DNA from: Seison nebaliae
Taxonomy: Eukaryota
Direction: 5' to 3'
DNA: 64,000 bases
Assembly: GCA_023231475.1 (NCBI GenBank)
Contig: JALJEE010001389.1
Span: 1 to 64,000, forward strand
Both the position numbers and the translations under genes were made by a program. Shown in pieces: positions 24,810-46,145 of this stretch (position 1 is its first letter; each line of letters opens with the position of its first letter). The notes beneath the pieces were generated by a model. It did not search any database. It saw only the letters and a list, made by a program, of their open reading frames with translations, and was not told where the DNA came from.

Positions 24810-26438
24810 ATGTTCACGGAGATCGATATGAACAACGAGACAGCATTGCGTCATTCTAAATTAACATCGCATCGAATTGACTTCTCCAAACCGTTTGGGA
24901 AGTCACAGAAGAAACCGATTTATCATCGTTCATCCAACATTGCACCATGGAAGCAAACGCCATCGGAAGGTGTACGTTATGCGTTGGCTCTTCCCGATAA
25001 GAAGATATTAGTTAAAAATAGATCGACAAAGAATTATGATGATGCAATGGATCAATTTTTGACGGAGGAACCATTTGAGAAGATGAGTTTATTAAAACCG
25101 AAGAATAGTAAAATGGGTCCGATAAGGAGGACGGAATCGATGAAAAATGGTAAAATGAATTTCTTGAATACGTCGTATAAGAAGACTCGGAAACATATGA
25201 GTTCAATGGACTATCAGAATACTCTTCTTCTCGGATATCAAGATGAGAATGATAAAGAATTCAAAGATCAATATCGTCCGAAAGGAAATTATTCGAATCG
25301 TGACCGTTATCAAAATTATATAAATTACAATATTCCTGTATCGCGACCAATTAAACGAAGTACGTCGCTTAATGAGAAAGGAGTAGCAGTGAGTCAATTA
25401 AGTAAATCATATTCTCAATTAAGTTCATTGGAACCGTTGCCGGCTATCGGCCAACCACCAAAATCTCAACAATCTTTCCGTCGGAGAACTGATGATAATC
25501 GGAATATCGATGTAAACCAGATTGCTGCCACATTATCACGAACGACACCGACACAAGATCGGATGTCAATCGAAAATAAGAAATTAGATAAATTCCTTTT
25601 GGAATTACAACAAATAAATAAACGATCGAATAACCGTCAACTAAATGATGGAATGGGAATATTTACTCAGTTACAACAATCGTCTTATAATTTGATGGAA
25701 TTGTTAATCCAATATAAGACTGTATTCCAACATTGGTATTCATTGAATTATCAATCGTTCGTTAAACAATTGCAGGCGCTCCTTTATCAGTTGCCCGAAG
25801 AGATTCGTAACAATCAAATCTTAACAGTTGAACAATTCAATTATGTGATGGATATTGGAATGTCGATGGTGGATGGGATTGCTCCAAAAAAGCAGACATT
25901 AATTCATCAACGCGATCATGATATTCTTCTCCAAAATTATGATTATACTTGCAATGATCCCATTGTTATCGACGAACAAATGAATCGATCAATGTCTCAT
26001 CAAACGAGTGACATATCGAAAGTGAATGTCATCGAATTTTATCGATATCATAAAATTCTCTTAGAATTGGGAGAGATGATACGAAATAAATTAATGTTAT
26101 GTTTCAAATCATTCCAAATGATCTTTCTCCAATCGCCAGATGGCTCTTCCATGAAAATTCGAGAGGAGAATCTCCTACCAGAAATCAATATGATGCAACA
26201 AATGCTGGAAAGGAATACGGATATTCAAGAGAAGTTCTTCAATTTAAATGAACAAACATATTATCAGTATGTTTTCAATGATATTTCACAAACTTATCAT
26301 TTATTAACACGTGACCGTCTCAATCATTCGGCTACAATCTATGATCGAATAATTCTTTATTTGGATTTCACATACTCAATTTATTTAAGATATTCCTACC
26401 TTCTCAATCTTCTTCATTTAACAACCAATTCTTCATAA
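24810..26438 (+). CDS. Uncharacterised 542-aa protein (single exon)
   Basis: Long ATG-to-TAA ORF in AT-rich DNA, with AATAAA at 26483-26488. Basic, disordered N-half and helical-looking C-half. No family recognised. Confidence 0.8.
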   Translation: MFTEIDMNNETALRHSKLTSHRIDFSKPFGKSQKKPIYHRSSNIAPWKQTPSEGVRYALALPDKKILVKNRSTKNYDDAMDQFLTEEPFEKMSLLKPKNSKMGPIRRTESMKNGKMNFLNTSYKKTRKHMSSMDYQNTLLLGYQDENDKEFKDQYRPKGNYSNRDRYQNYINYNIPVSRPIKRSTSLNEKGVAVSQLSKSYSQLSSLEPLPAIGQPPKSQQSFRRRTDDNRNIDVNQIAATLSRTTPTQDRMSIENKKLDKFLLELQQINKRSNNRQLNDGMGIFTQLQQSSYNLMELLIQYKTVFQHWYSLNYQSFVKQLQALLYQLPEEIRNNQILTVEQFNYVMDIGMSMVDGIAPKKQTLIHQRDHDILLQNYDYTCNDPIVIDEQMNRSMSHQTSDISKVNVIEFYRYHKILLELGEMIRNKLMLCFKSFQMIFLQSPDGSSMKIREENLLPEINMMQQMLERNTDIQEKFFNLNEQTYYQYVFNDISQTYHLLTRDRLNHSATIYDRIILYLDFTYSIYLRYSYLLNLLHLTTNSS

Positions 26439-27148
26439 ATTCGTTCCTCCCTAACACTTCTTCTTCTCTCTCATTTCTTCACAATAAATTTAACTTTCAC
26501 TCAAAATTCATTTCCACATTTTTATTATTTGCACTCCAATTTCAATGAATGCTCAGGCGAATACTTACCTTAAAGTGGAATGAACGATTAATTAATCATA
26601 AACATAAGTTACACTTAGGAAATTCACACCCGAATTTACACTAACAACTAACGTGGTTGAATGGAAATCGGTTGAAGGAATTGCACATTTCCATTATCCT
26701 AATAACTTGTTTGAGCAATTGAATTATTTGAGAAATGCGAATATTTATTTGTTTTTTCATCAGTAAAATTTTCTATTTCCTTTCAATTCACCCAATGAAT
26801 ATGAGTAACTTATTTTTCACATCGATGAAATTTTCGAGTTGGGAACATTGGTGGAAAACATAAAAGAAAAGGAGGAGAAATATCAAATTAGTTTTTTCTA
26901 TGAAAATTTTCTATTATTGGGGACAAAACTGTTTGTGTTCAATTGCATATTGATTAGCATACTGTCAAAGGAATATGATAACGGTTCATAAAATTTTATC
27001 ATTCATCAGGAGAAATAAAGGAATATTGGAATCTCGATTAATCAGTTGTCATAACAACGAAAAAATATCCTCCTCATTTTACCTCATCAAAATTCATTCA
27101 TTCCATTCTTATTTTGTTGGAGAGAGAATATTTTTATTTGTCGCCAAT

Positions 27149-30100
27149 ATGATGGTCTTCAGAAGATTAGATCAACATCGCCAACAATCTGAAATTAATC
27201 TCTCCGAAAGGAAGAGTGCAGTGCAGCAACATATTATTAGTGTTCAGCAGACGAAACTTCGTGAATTTGAAAAACGAAAACTTGTTCAATTACCTTCTAA
27301 CATTTGAAAACTGCTTCAAACTTAGTGTCATCTTATTCCTTCAGAAATATTATTAAGTGACTTTAAACAATTCTCTTTATTTTTTCATTTAAAAAAAAAC
27401 CTTGTGAATTCTTCAAGATATATTCTATTATTTTCTCTTGCTTTTTGAAAGTTTTACTTAAAATTGTTCATTGTAAAAAAATATTCTATCTATAACTTCC
27501 ATTAATCGTAATTGAATTTTTTGAAGGTAGGCAAAAAAGATGGCACATCAGACCATGTATCAATTTTCACGACATCGCCTTTGGGTGACCATCCAAATGC
27601 AGATGAAGCACTTAATGAATTAAGTTATGCATTACCTGTTACTTTTTTCTTTTATGAACTGAATAATAATATATCATTTTCAGAGCGAATTAGCGAAACA
27701 TAGTCGGCAGAAAATCAGATTCTTCATAATTAATCTTAGGAAATATGAAGATCTGAATGGGAAAATTTCCACGAAGAACTTCAATTTGGCATTAGAGCAA
27801 ACTCGTCTTTCTTTCCCCGAAAGAATCTCCACATTACTCCGTCATAGTTTTAGCGAGTCAAATGGAATAAATGTTGATTCGATGTCTGATTACCTTTGGG
27901 AAACTCATGAGAATTGCGATAACGGTTTCTTTCTATCCCTCATCTAACTCCTTCCAATTCTTCTGAATAGATCGTGATAGTGTCAAAGCTTCGTCAATTT
28001 CAAATGATGAAAATATCGAAAAAATTCAATTGAAAAAAAATTTCAATTATGTTTCACTATTAGCCCAACTGGAAAACAATCGATCCAGTCAAAAAGGTAC
28101 AGATAATAAGAAACAACCAGAGAAAACATATATGGAAAAGGAGAAGTTGAAAGATATTAACAAGCGGATTATTTATCAAATGAATTTAAGTGAGAAACAT
28201 CACGTTGAAATGATGGAACAAGTCAATTTTTCAATTTTTGTTGCAATTTCCTCTTTTATTCAATAAGAAATTTTTTTCCTCCAACAGACTAGCACAACGA
28301 ATGTGCGAGAAAATTATTTCGATAAAGATGAATTCTTTCAAATAATTGTCGATGAACCAATCCTCAAGAGGAAAAAAGTTCGTAACATTATTTAAGTTTA
28401 TATGATTAAATGAGGAAAATGGATGGACGATTTTAAAATTCAACATGGAAGAAAAATCCACATTTCTTCACTTTATTTTTTTTTTCAAAATGATTTTTGA
28501 TTTCTTCTTAAAAGTTCCTGTCAATCTGCGAAGAATTTCCAAGTTTTCCATTATACGGAAGTGTGTTACATAAATTTGTGGATTTTATTGAAATTTCAAC
28601 ATCAAATGGACGTGAAATTAAGTGGAACTTTTTTCTTTTTATACCACCGTTTCCTTATTCCCATTTAGAAAGGACTATTTAATTTCCCTCTTCAATTATT
28701 GTTACAATGAAAGTCTCTTAAATCCGGAGAAGAAGAAAGTTAGTATATTTTAAATTTAACATCTTCATATTCCATTCCAACATTCCATATAACAACTTAA
28801 ATCATAATCATAGATAATGATACGAATATTTTTTAAATAATTTCAATATTTTTCAGAATTTAGCACCAAATGAATATTCTGCCAATTCCTCGAAAGAACA
28901 AGAAAGTGAAGAGAAGAAAAGTAAGAATGAAATGAAAAATAAGAAAAAATCGGTAAAGATATTATCGAATGCCATTGACCGAATGCCAGAGAGATTGTTA
29001 TTGCCTTCAAAATTTTCAATCTTTATATCTTCATCTTTCAGTTTCTCTTTGGAATCATATGAAAATGGACATGTTGATTTGCATCAAGATTCGGCCGATA
29101 CTAATATCTACTTTTTATTTTACGGAACCTTATTCCGTCAATCTCTTACGAATAAAAATAAAACGATTGATATTCTTTTGGATTTGAACGAGAGACATAT
29201 TAAGTTTGATTAAATTAAAACTTGATTTCTTATTAATATTAGAACATTTTATTTCGATCGAGATTTCGAATATGTGGTATGTTTCTTTGAGAATGTGAAG
29301 AAGACTAATATGGAATTATATGAATTTAATTCGAACGGTAATTTACAAAAGAAATATGGAATAGCTCAAATGGAGAATTTGCATGATGTTTCTTATTGTA
29401 ATTTATCAAAAATTGAAGTTTGTAGTTTACAAATATTGGAAACGTTCATATTGTACTTTAAGAATAATCAATTTTCATTCATATTGATCGGGAAAAAAGA
29501 TAAGAAATCGAAAATTTTTATCTATCTCATCGAATCATCGAATGTGTCTGAAAATATTTTCGAAGTTTTATAATTTCAATTCCAATTGACTAATGTATGT
29601 CGTGGTAAAGATTCCTGATGGAAAGATTTGGTTCGTATATGATGCATTAAGTGTAATCTCGAATGATTGGAAATTATGGTATTTCGATATGATGAAGATA
29701 CGAGTAGATGATTTGTCGCTACTAAATAACACTTCCTCCACCATCATTTCCACAGATACGACAGACGACTATTCGATTTTAGGTTTATCAGATGGACAAT
29801 TGATTTGTTGGAATAAACAGTTGAAAAGGATTGATAATTCAACACAATTGACGGTTTTGGATAATTTTCAGAAAGAAAAAATTTGATTGTTTTCATTCTA
29901 GTCAACAATAACAACGATTCATGTTATTAAGAATGAAATAGTTGTTTCAAATATTATCGGAAATGTTGAAATATTCTCACTGGATCAATTCCAGCATTTG
30001 AAATCATTGAAAACGGTTTTCTTTTCTCCATAAGAATAAGTATTGGATTTTCATGGAAATTGATAGAATATGAAAAATATTCATCTTCTTCGATTAGTTG

Positions 30101-31288
30101 AAGATGATTTATATTTATTTAATAACGCTGGTTGTGTTCATTATCGGGAAATAGATTCGAATGATGAGAATAAACAAATAATTTTATTATCTCCAACTAT
30201 TTATTCATTGCCGGATAATTCTGAGATTATCGAGAAAAACAATTCCACATTCTCTTACATTTCTGCAACAACCACCAATTTCCTACTCTACATAACAATG
30301 TTGGAATTTGATGGAAATCAAGTGGTGGAATCGTCTTTAAATTTAGATTTGGAACATTCTTTAAATTCTTTATTGATCATATCTGATCAATACCTTTTAA
30401 TTGTGTCGAATGTCAATCAGTTAGTTGTTGATTATAAGAGAATTAGAATGAGTTAATTCTTTCAGATTGAAATTGATCGATTTACATGAATTGAAGGAGA
30501 ACAATTCGACATATCTTTTTTTCGATAAAGATCATTTCGATTTACATCAATTGAATGTGACAGCAGAAGGAATAGTTCTAATGAAGATCTCTTACAATCT
30601 CCAATATTTAGCGATATTGTTCAACAATTCTACGATTATGATTTTTTTATTAAATTATTCAAATTTATCCATCGATTTTTATGATTATTTCCACGTTTGT
30701 TTCTTTCATTCATTGTATATATATTATATATATTATATATATTGATAGTATAAAGATTCAATTGTTCAATTTGATTGGGGTCATTTCTTTCAACCATCAG
30801 ATGAAAAACCGGAAAAGTTGAGATATTACATAATTCGATGTTTAACGGAAAAAGAAGAGATTATATGTTTCCGACCGAAAAGTATGAAACTTTTAGAAAA
30901 AAGTTTCATCGAACAAACTAATTGGAATTCGTACGATATTTATTCTATGAATAAATCGAGTTTAAATTAAAATTTTCTCATCATAATTATTTTGATTTTT
31001 TGAAGAAAATGTCTTAAAGTTTGAGAGATTCATCTCCTATCCGAAACAATCCAATCTTTATCAATGTCTCATCAATTCTTCTACACTGAAATTATATATC
31101 GAACCAATTGAAGAAGTTTTGTTCCATTCGTTTTGTTCACTATTTTAATTTTGTTTTAGTTGAAAGTGAAAGAATTGAATAAGAGGAATGAATTGAAGAA
31201 ATATTCGTCAATCTTCTCATTGGAAGAGTTTCTCATTCGAATAATGAAAGAAGAGAATCGATTACATTTTATTAAATATAAAAAATAA
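27149..31288 (+). CDS. Uncharacterised multi-exon gene: degenerate EF-hand-like N-terminal part plus WD40/beta-propeller-like C-terminal part (may be two genes)
   Basis: Chain of ORF fragments joined in frame by short GT-AG introns (e.g. 27925-27970, 28378-28513). EF-like RKYEDLNGKISTKNFNLAL. Propeller-like SILGLSDGQLICWN and ISYNLQYLAILFNNSTIMIF. Stop TAA at 31286-31288 and AATAAA at 31319. The 5' exon structure is uncertain. Confidence 0.6.
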
Positions 31289-31419
31289 TTTTAATTTCTG
31301 TTCGGTTTTTTCATCTTTAATAAAAGATGAAAATTTATGAAAAATAAATAAAATATTCTTTTCTTCTTCGAACGACGCTTTAATAAACTCTGTCCTAAAT
31401 GAACATCATCTCCTAAAGA

Positions 31420-31765
31420 ATGATATGTGTTGATAAAATAAGAATATGTCGAATCGAATCGAGAGATGAATGTTCACACAGACAGAAATGAATATCATCC
31501 ATTATTCTAATCATCATCATCATCTCCAGGTACGAAGATATCATTCTCTTCTAGAATGGCAGCACCTTCACGACTAACAAGTGCTCCTGAAATTCATGAA
31601 TTATTTAACTATAAAAATTTATTAAAATATCAACCAATTGTTACGAAAGGAACGATTACACACACTAATTTCACCAGTCCAAAACGGACACGTGACGGTG
31701 CTGGTAATACAGCACCTGTTTCTGTTGTTACGACATTCCTGAAATTGAAAAAAATATTCGAATGA
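31420..31765 (+). CDS. Small uncharacterised protein (95 aa with intron 31472-31529, or 69 aa from ATG 31556)
   Basis: A 58-nt GTT...CAG intron typical of this genome joins ATG 31420 in frame to ORF MAAPSRLTSAPEIHELFNY...TSPKRTRDGAGN. The ORF has coding-like GC content relative to its flanks. Confidence 0.55.
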
Positions 31766-34700
31766 ATTGGAAAAAGAAAAGAATAAGAAGAACCGTCTGA
31801 TGATATTTTGAAAGGAATATAACCGCATTAATCGGTTAAACATTTTTTAATGATGTAAAATTTGGTGAATTTGGAAAAAAATGGTATTTTTTTTCGATAT
31901 TGAAATTTGGAAATGTCTTCACACAAGTTAATTGTACACAGTTAGTTAAGTTGATGGAAAATCGACGTCTCGATGGTAATGAAAAGAATCTTTGAGAGAT
32001 TATTAAAAGAATTTAATTTCTTTTATTTCTTTTCCCATAAAAGAAAAGATTAAAATTTAAAATGTAGATCAAATGAAATATTTTTCTTCTTTTCTATTCA
32101 ACAATTCATTTCGTATAAGCTTGTTGGAACAAAAAAACTAATATATCCGGTTTATCAACATCATCTTCCATCCTATCAGTCATAACTGGAAAAGTTTTTT
32201 CAAGTTTCTTCAAAGTAGTCCTCCTTATTGCTCCTTCGATAAGTGATAAATTACTGTATATATACTTTAATAAAAATTGTTCCCGTGAATTTAACTGTAA
32301 AATTGGGAATTATGGTTTTACAGTACTGATGTTCTATTAGATAAGAATAGATTTACTACAGAGCTCCACTGCATGTTCGTTACATGTACGTTGTAGATGT
32401 GTAGTTGGGTGTAATGGTGAGGAACAAAATGTTATAATTGCTTAATTATATAAATGTGCAACTTTTGTGCAAATGTGTATGTGTGTGTGTATTGTAGGGA
32501 TGGGAAGTGCAAGATATTTTTATTGCAAATCATATTATCTAACAGATATCGATAGGATAAGAGATTATGTCATATTATTTGGGTTGAGAAGAGTAGACGT
32601 AATTTTTGTATAAGTCTCAAATGGAAATAATGATGAAATTTTTATTTGAGAAGAAGAAGAAAGAAGAAGTTTATTATCGTTGATTAATGTTCAATATCAC
32701 ATTCTTCGTATAATTGAAGGAGAGATATAAAGTATCGTTACAAGTATCAGATGTAAATAAATTTGTGCATATTTCATTATATGTTCGATTCATCTCAGAT
32801 TACCATGGATCAAGATGTAGATTGAACATTCTCCTCATACTTTTTCCCATAATTCTTCCTACTGGAAACACTTCTATTTGAATAGTAATTTTGAAGAATT
32901 GATGTGAAAATATCGTATATTTTGATGGAGATGGAAGAGATAAGAACTTGCTTAAAATTAAAGTAATATCCGAATATTAATAAGATGTAGTCGGTGATGC
33001 AAGAGTATCGATGTCATCAAAATGATTTCATAGAGAACAAATCGAAATTAAATGGAGGAGCAGCAACAAATTCAGAGATTGATTTCGTTTAAATTTATGG
33101 AAATTTACTGACGATCTCCATTATTCGTCGATTATGCTCATCCTTCTACTTCCTAGAAGCGACTCTGTAAAGAGTGAATATTCGATCTCCGAACTCTTTT
33201 CTTCGTTTCCATTTCTTATTGGAAAACGACACCATTTCACTCTTATTTCGGATATTCACAATCTCCAAATTTCATATCCAAATAATCATCTGGGATTCCT
33301 TAAATGCAAATCAAATATTACTAATACTATGTTACTTATTAGGCATCTTCATATGAATGATCAATATGAAAAAAAAAACAACTATAAACATTAAATATCA
33401 GAAGTTGATGGAATGATTTCAGTCTACTTAATCAGCCTGTACATGCTTTTAATTGTGGACTAAAATTTGTGGTCTAAGCATTTTCTTCGATTTTTTTCTT
33501 TATTTTTCCTCCTTTTTTATCAAAGTTCTAATTATATTCGACTACTTTACAATTTATAAGGAATTGTCAAGAATTCCGTTTTCCGAATTAAGAAAAGTCC
33601 GAAGGAATATTTGAAGGGTTGAGAGGTGTTTCTCAGTGCGATATTGTTGTTTTTACAAAAATGAGAAGAGACTAATTGAAAAGAAATGTTTTTCTTTGGA
33701 AACATTGAAGAAAAGTTGCATCATTTTATTTTTAACGAATTTGAAGAAATGAGATAATTCGATATAGATAATATGTATTAAATATTAATATTCACCGAGA
33801 AGTAAAACGACATGAATTCTTCTTCTTTTCACCCTTTGGAGAAGAGATCGATATATCTCTCAATGTCTATGCCATACTCTTAGAGTAACTGTCTGGGTAT
33901 CAAGTCTAGAGTGGTATGTCTGGAAGATGTTATGTTGTTAGGAAACTAGATGGATAAGATGAATAAATCGTAAGGAGAAAGTAGGGAGTTGAATGATGAT
34001 ATTCATTTGATGTTGATAATAAGTAGATATGGTGGAATATTCTGATACGTATAATTTTGTGTACATTCTTCTCATTATAAGTTGACGGTGGTTATGTTGA
34101 GGAATTAGGAGGAAAAATAATTTTAATAATTACGTGCACTAGAATGATGTGGAGGCGCATGGAGAGAGGACGATAAACGGAGAATTTTCCTTTGTCATCA
34201 ATGGTTCATTCGAACACCATGAAAAATGGAGATATGTTTGAAAAAAGGAAGTTGAATTTATTTTCGTTTCTTCTTCAAATATTTCTTTCCATAGTTTAAA
34301 TGAGGGGCATCGAGTTGAAGATCGAGAGACACATGAAAAAGATTATTCATAAAATCGAATTGTCTATCGACACTTTCGCTAGGATGGAAGTTGAATGTCA
34401 CACTATAGGACATTGATGGAGAGATATATAATATCTATTATTAACACTGTAATGTGAGCGATATGATTTTCTTCTAGCACTACTAGAAGAGAGATTTGAT
34501 GGTATTGATCATTTGCATAAGGAAACTAATCGAATGCATTCGGTATGAAAATGTTATTGTGCTAGAAATAGATATATGATTACATCAATTCTATGTGCTT
34601 CTCAATTTGTCCTTCTTCCACTCATCTCTCTCTCTCTCCCTCTCTTCCTCTCAGTCTCACTCTCTTATCTAATATGGAAGGAGAAAATTATGTTAAATAT

Positions 34701-35870
34701 TTCCGTTTTTTTTTCTCTGGGAGAAAGAATAATTCGTCCTGAGATTGTCGTCTGATCTCATTGCTCTTATTTATTTAATCAGCTACTCCGATGAAAGATG
34801 AGCATATGAATAGATGGAAATGTTATGAAAAAGATTGTGAGAGAGGGAGAGAGAGAGAGAAAGAATGGCCGTATTTGTTCTAGGTAAGAAGACGTGTGTG
34901 GAATATAAGGACCGACGAATATATTGAGATATAATTACATGAAAATATTGAAGTTGAAGCATCAACAGAATTCGTAGAGGGAGTCGATTACGACTGAATA
35001 GAACGACAGATAATAGAAATACATATGATGCAAATGATGTTATGATTGTGATGATGATATTACATGGTCGCAACAATACGTCATGAGTGAATGTAGAAGA
35101 CGTTGATATAAAGTAGATTTAGCGGATGGGTGGATGGATGGAAGAAAAAGAGACAGATCTAACATAGACTTCTCGGTTTATACGTAACAATTCAATCAAA
35201 TAATTAAGATAATAATAGTGATGATGATGATGATGATGATGATGGGGGGGGAAGAAGACGAGGGAGAACATGATAATCATAAGAATATTAATCGGAGGAA
35301 TATTAGTACTTGTTAAGGATGAATATAGTCATAGCAATAACGACAATCGGACAACATATTGATAGTCGTAGAAATATATGTCCCAGTCGGTTGGACGATA
35401 ACAGAGAGAAAGAGGAAGGGAGGGAGAGACGAAGGAGATAAAGGAGGAAGATGGAGAAAAGATGGAATGAAATCGGCATATAAACATTCATGCACAATGA
35501 CTTATTTCCTGATTATTTATCCATTTGTCAAGTACTAATATCTCGATATCTATTTATATTTATAATTGTGCATGTATATATCGATCGATGTTTATGTGAT
35601 ACAATGTACTTTCCACACTTATCATTATTCTTATTATTAATTTATATAATTCATTCCATTCTTCTTTAACGTTTCGAATTTCTCTCTCATTATCTGATAT
35701 ACACACGTACTAATATATCATCTTTCAAGAGAATATTTCAAGGGAATTTTTTTAGAAATTCCAATTGATAATGATAATTAAATAAAAGAAAGAGATATAT
35801 CGGAAGAAAAACTATCGATTGCGAAACAAATGATAAGATCCTTCTCTCTCATCATCGTCAACATCATTCG

Positions 35871-45056
<9,186 letters not shown>

Positions 45057-45078
45057 TTTTCCTTTTATGTTATGAATG

Positions 45079-45084
45079 AATAAA
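45079..45084 (+). terminator. Candidate polyadenylation signal of NALCN
   Basis: AATAAA about 22 nt after the stop. Similar hexamers closely follow the stops at 14012, 26438 and 31288, but AT-richness makes chance hits common. Confidence 0.45.
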
Positions 45085-45093
45085 AATTCAAAT

Positions 45094-45143
45094 TCTCTCT
45101 CTCTCTCTCTCTCTCTCTCAAACTCTCAAACTCTCAAACTCAT
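45094..45143. repeat. (CT)n microsatellite followed by tandem AAACTCTC units
   Basis: Visible directly downstream of the NALCN stop codon. Confidence 0.8.
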
Positions 45144-46145
45144 CTCATTAACAAGGAAAGTGTTGAAATGATGTAAAGATCGATGATAAAAATATTAATG
45201 CTAATTAACTTTCACAACAACGAACTGTTTTTATTACTCTTAAATCTTTGGAATTGAACGAAACATATTCACTTCTCCTTACTAATAATATAAAAAATCG
45301 TAACGAGAAACTTATTAAAGAATTTTCTTTCCAATATGTTCAACAATTCATTTGCATGTTTCATGCCATAATTAAGGTTGGAAGCAAATGTGGCCTACAT
45401 TCATTTCTCTCCTCATTTATTCTCCCATCGATGCTACTTTCATTCTTTCTTCTATTTAAACGATTCATATCAAGTTTGATAAAGATGAAAAATATGATAA
45501 TTATACTGAACCGATTAAATATACGGAAATATCCTAGTTTACATTCCACATTTGCCCAGTATCCCATTGAACCAATTGTCTTTCCCATCCAAGGTCCTTT
45601 CCATCCACACAATATCTCCTCATCACTTGAAATTTAACAGAAGTTTAGAAAAGTTATTATTCTACTTCATTTGAGAATGACAACCATCAATCAGTTAATT
45701 ATTTGACGAAAATAAACCAGAATAAAAACCAACGTCCATCCCACTAAACTGCATTTAGCAAGTCGAATAATCACTAAATGTTAAATGAAAATTCGAATTT
45801 CGTTGTCTCTCTATCGGTTCACGGTCGATAGGAGAAAATTTACGTGGGAATTATTTATGTGAGAATTGAGAACCGAATTATTAAAAACGAATTTTTTAAG
45901 TTAATTTTATATCACTCTTTGTTAGTTAGTTATACATATCTGCATCTAAAACGACAATAATGATGGGAATTTCCATAATAAAATGATTAACATTTAAAAA
46001 AGGGGGGCGAAATTTCTGTATATTAAGTATTGGTAATTGTTTTAAAACATTGATTTATTGATTGAACTATCGATTCGTTTGTTTATCGGAAGATTTTCTT
46101 TCAAAAATTTTGCATAAATTTTAAAAGAAATTTAAGAAGGTGAGA

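Noticed and set aside
28414..28513. Apparent non-canonical AT-AG intron after a short possible exon
   Set aside because: A single GTT-AG intron 28378-28513 keeps the frame (KRKK|FLSICEEF), so no unusual boundary is needed.
31800..35870. Short ORFs upstream of NALCN
   Set aside because: No protein-like signal or spliceable chain; purine-rich and simple-repeat intergenic or UTR sequence.
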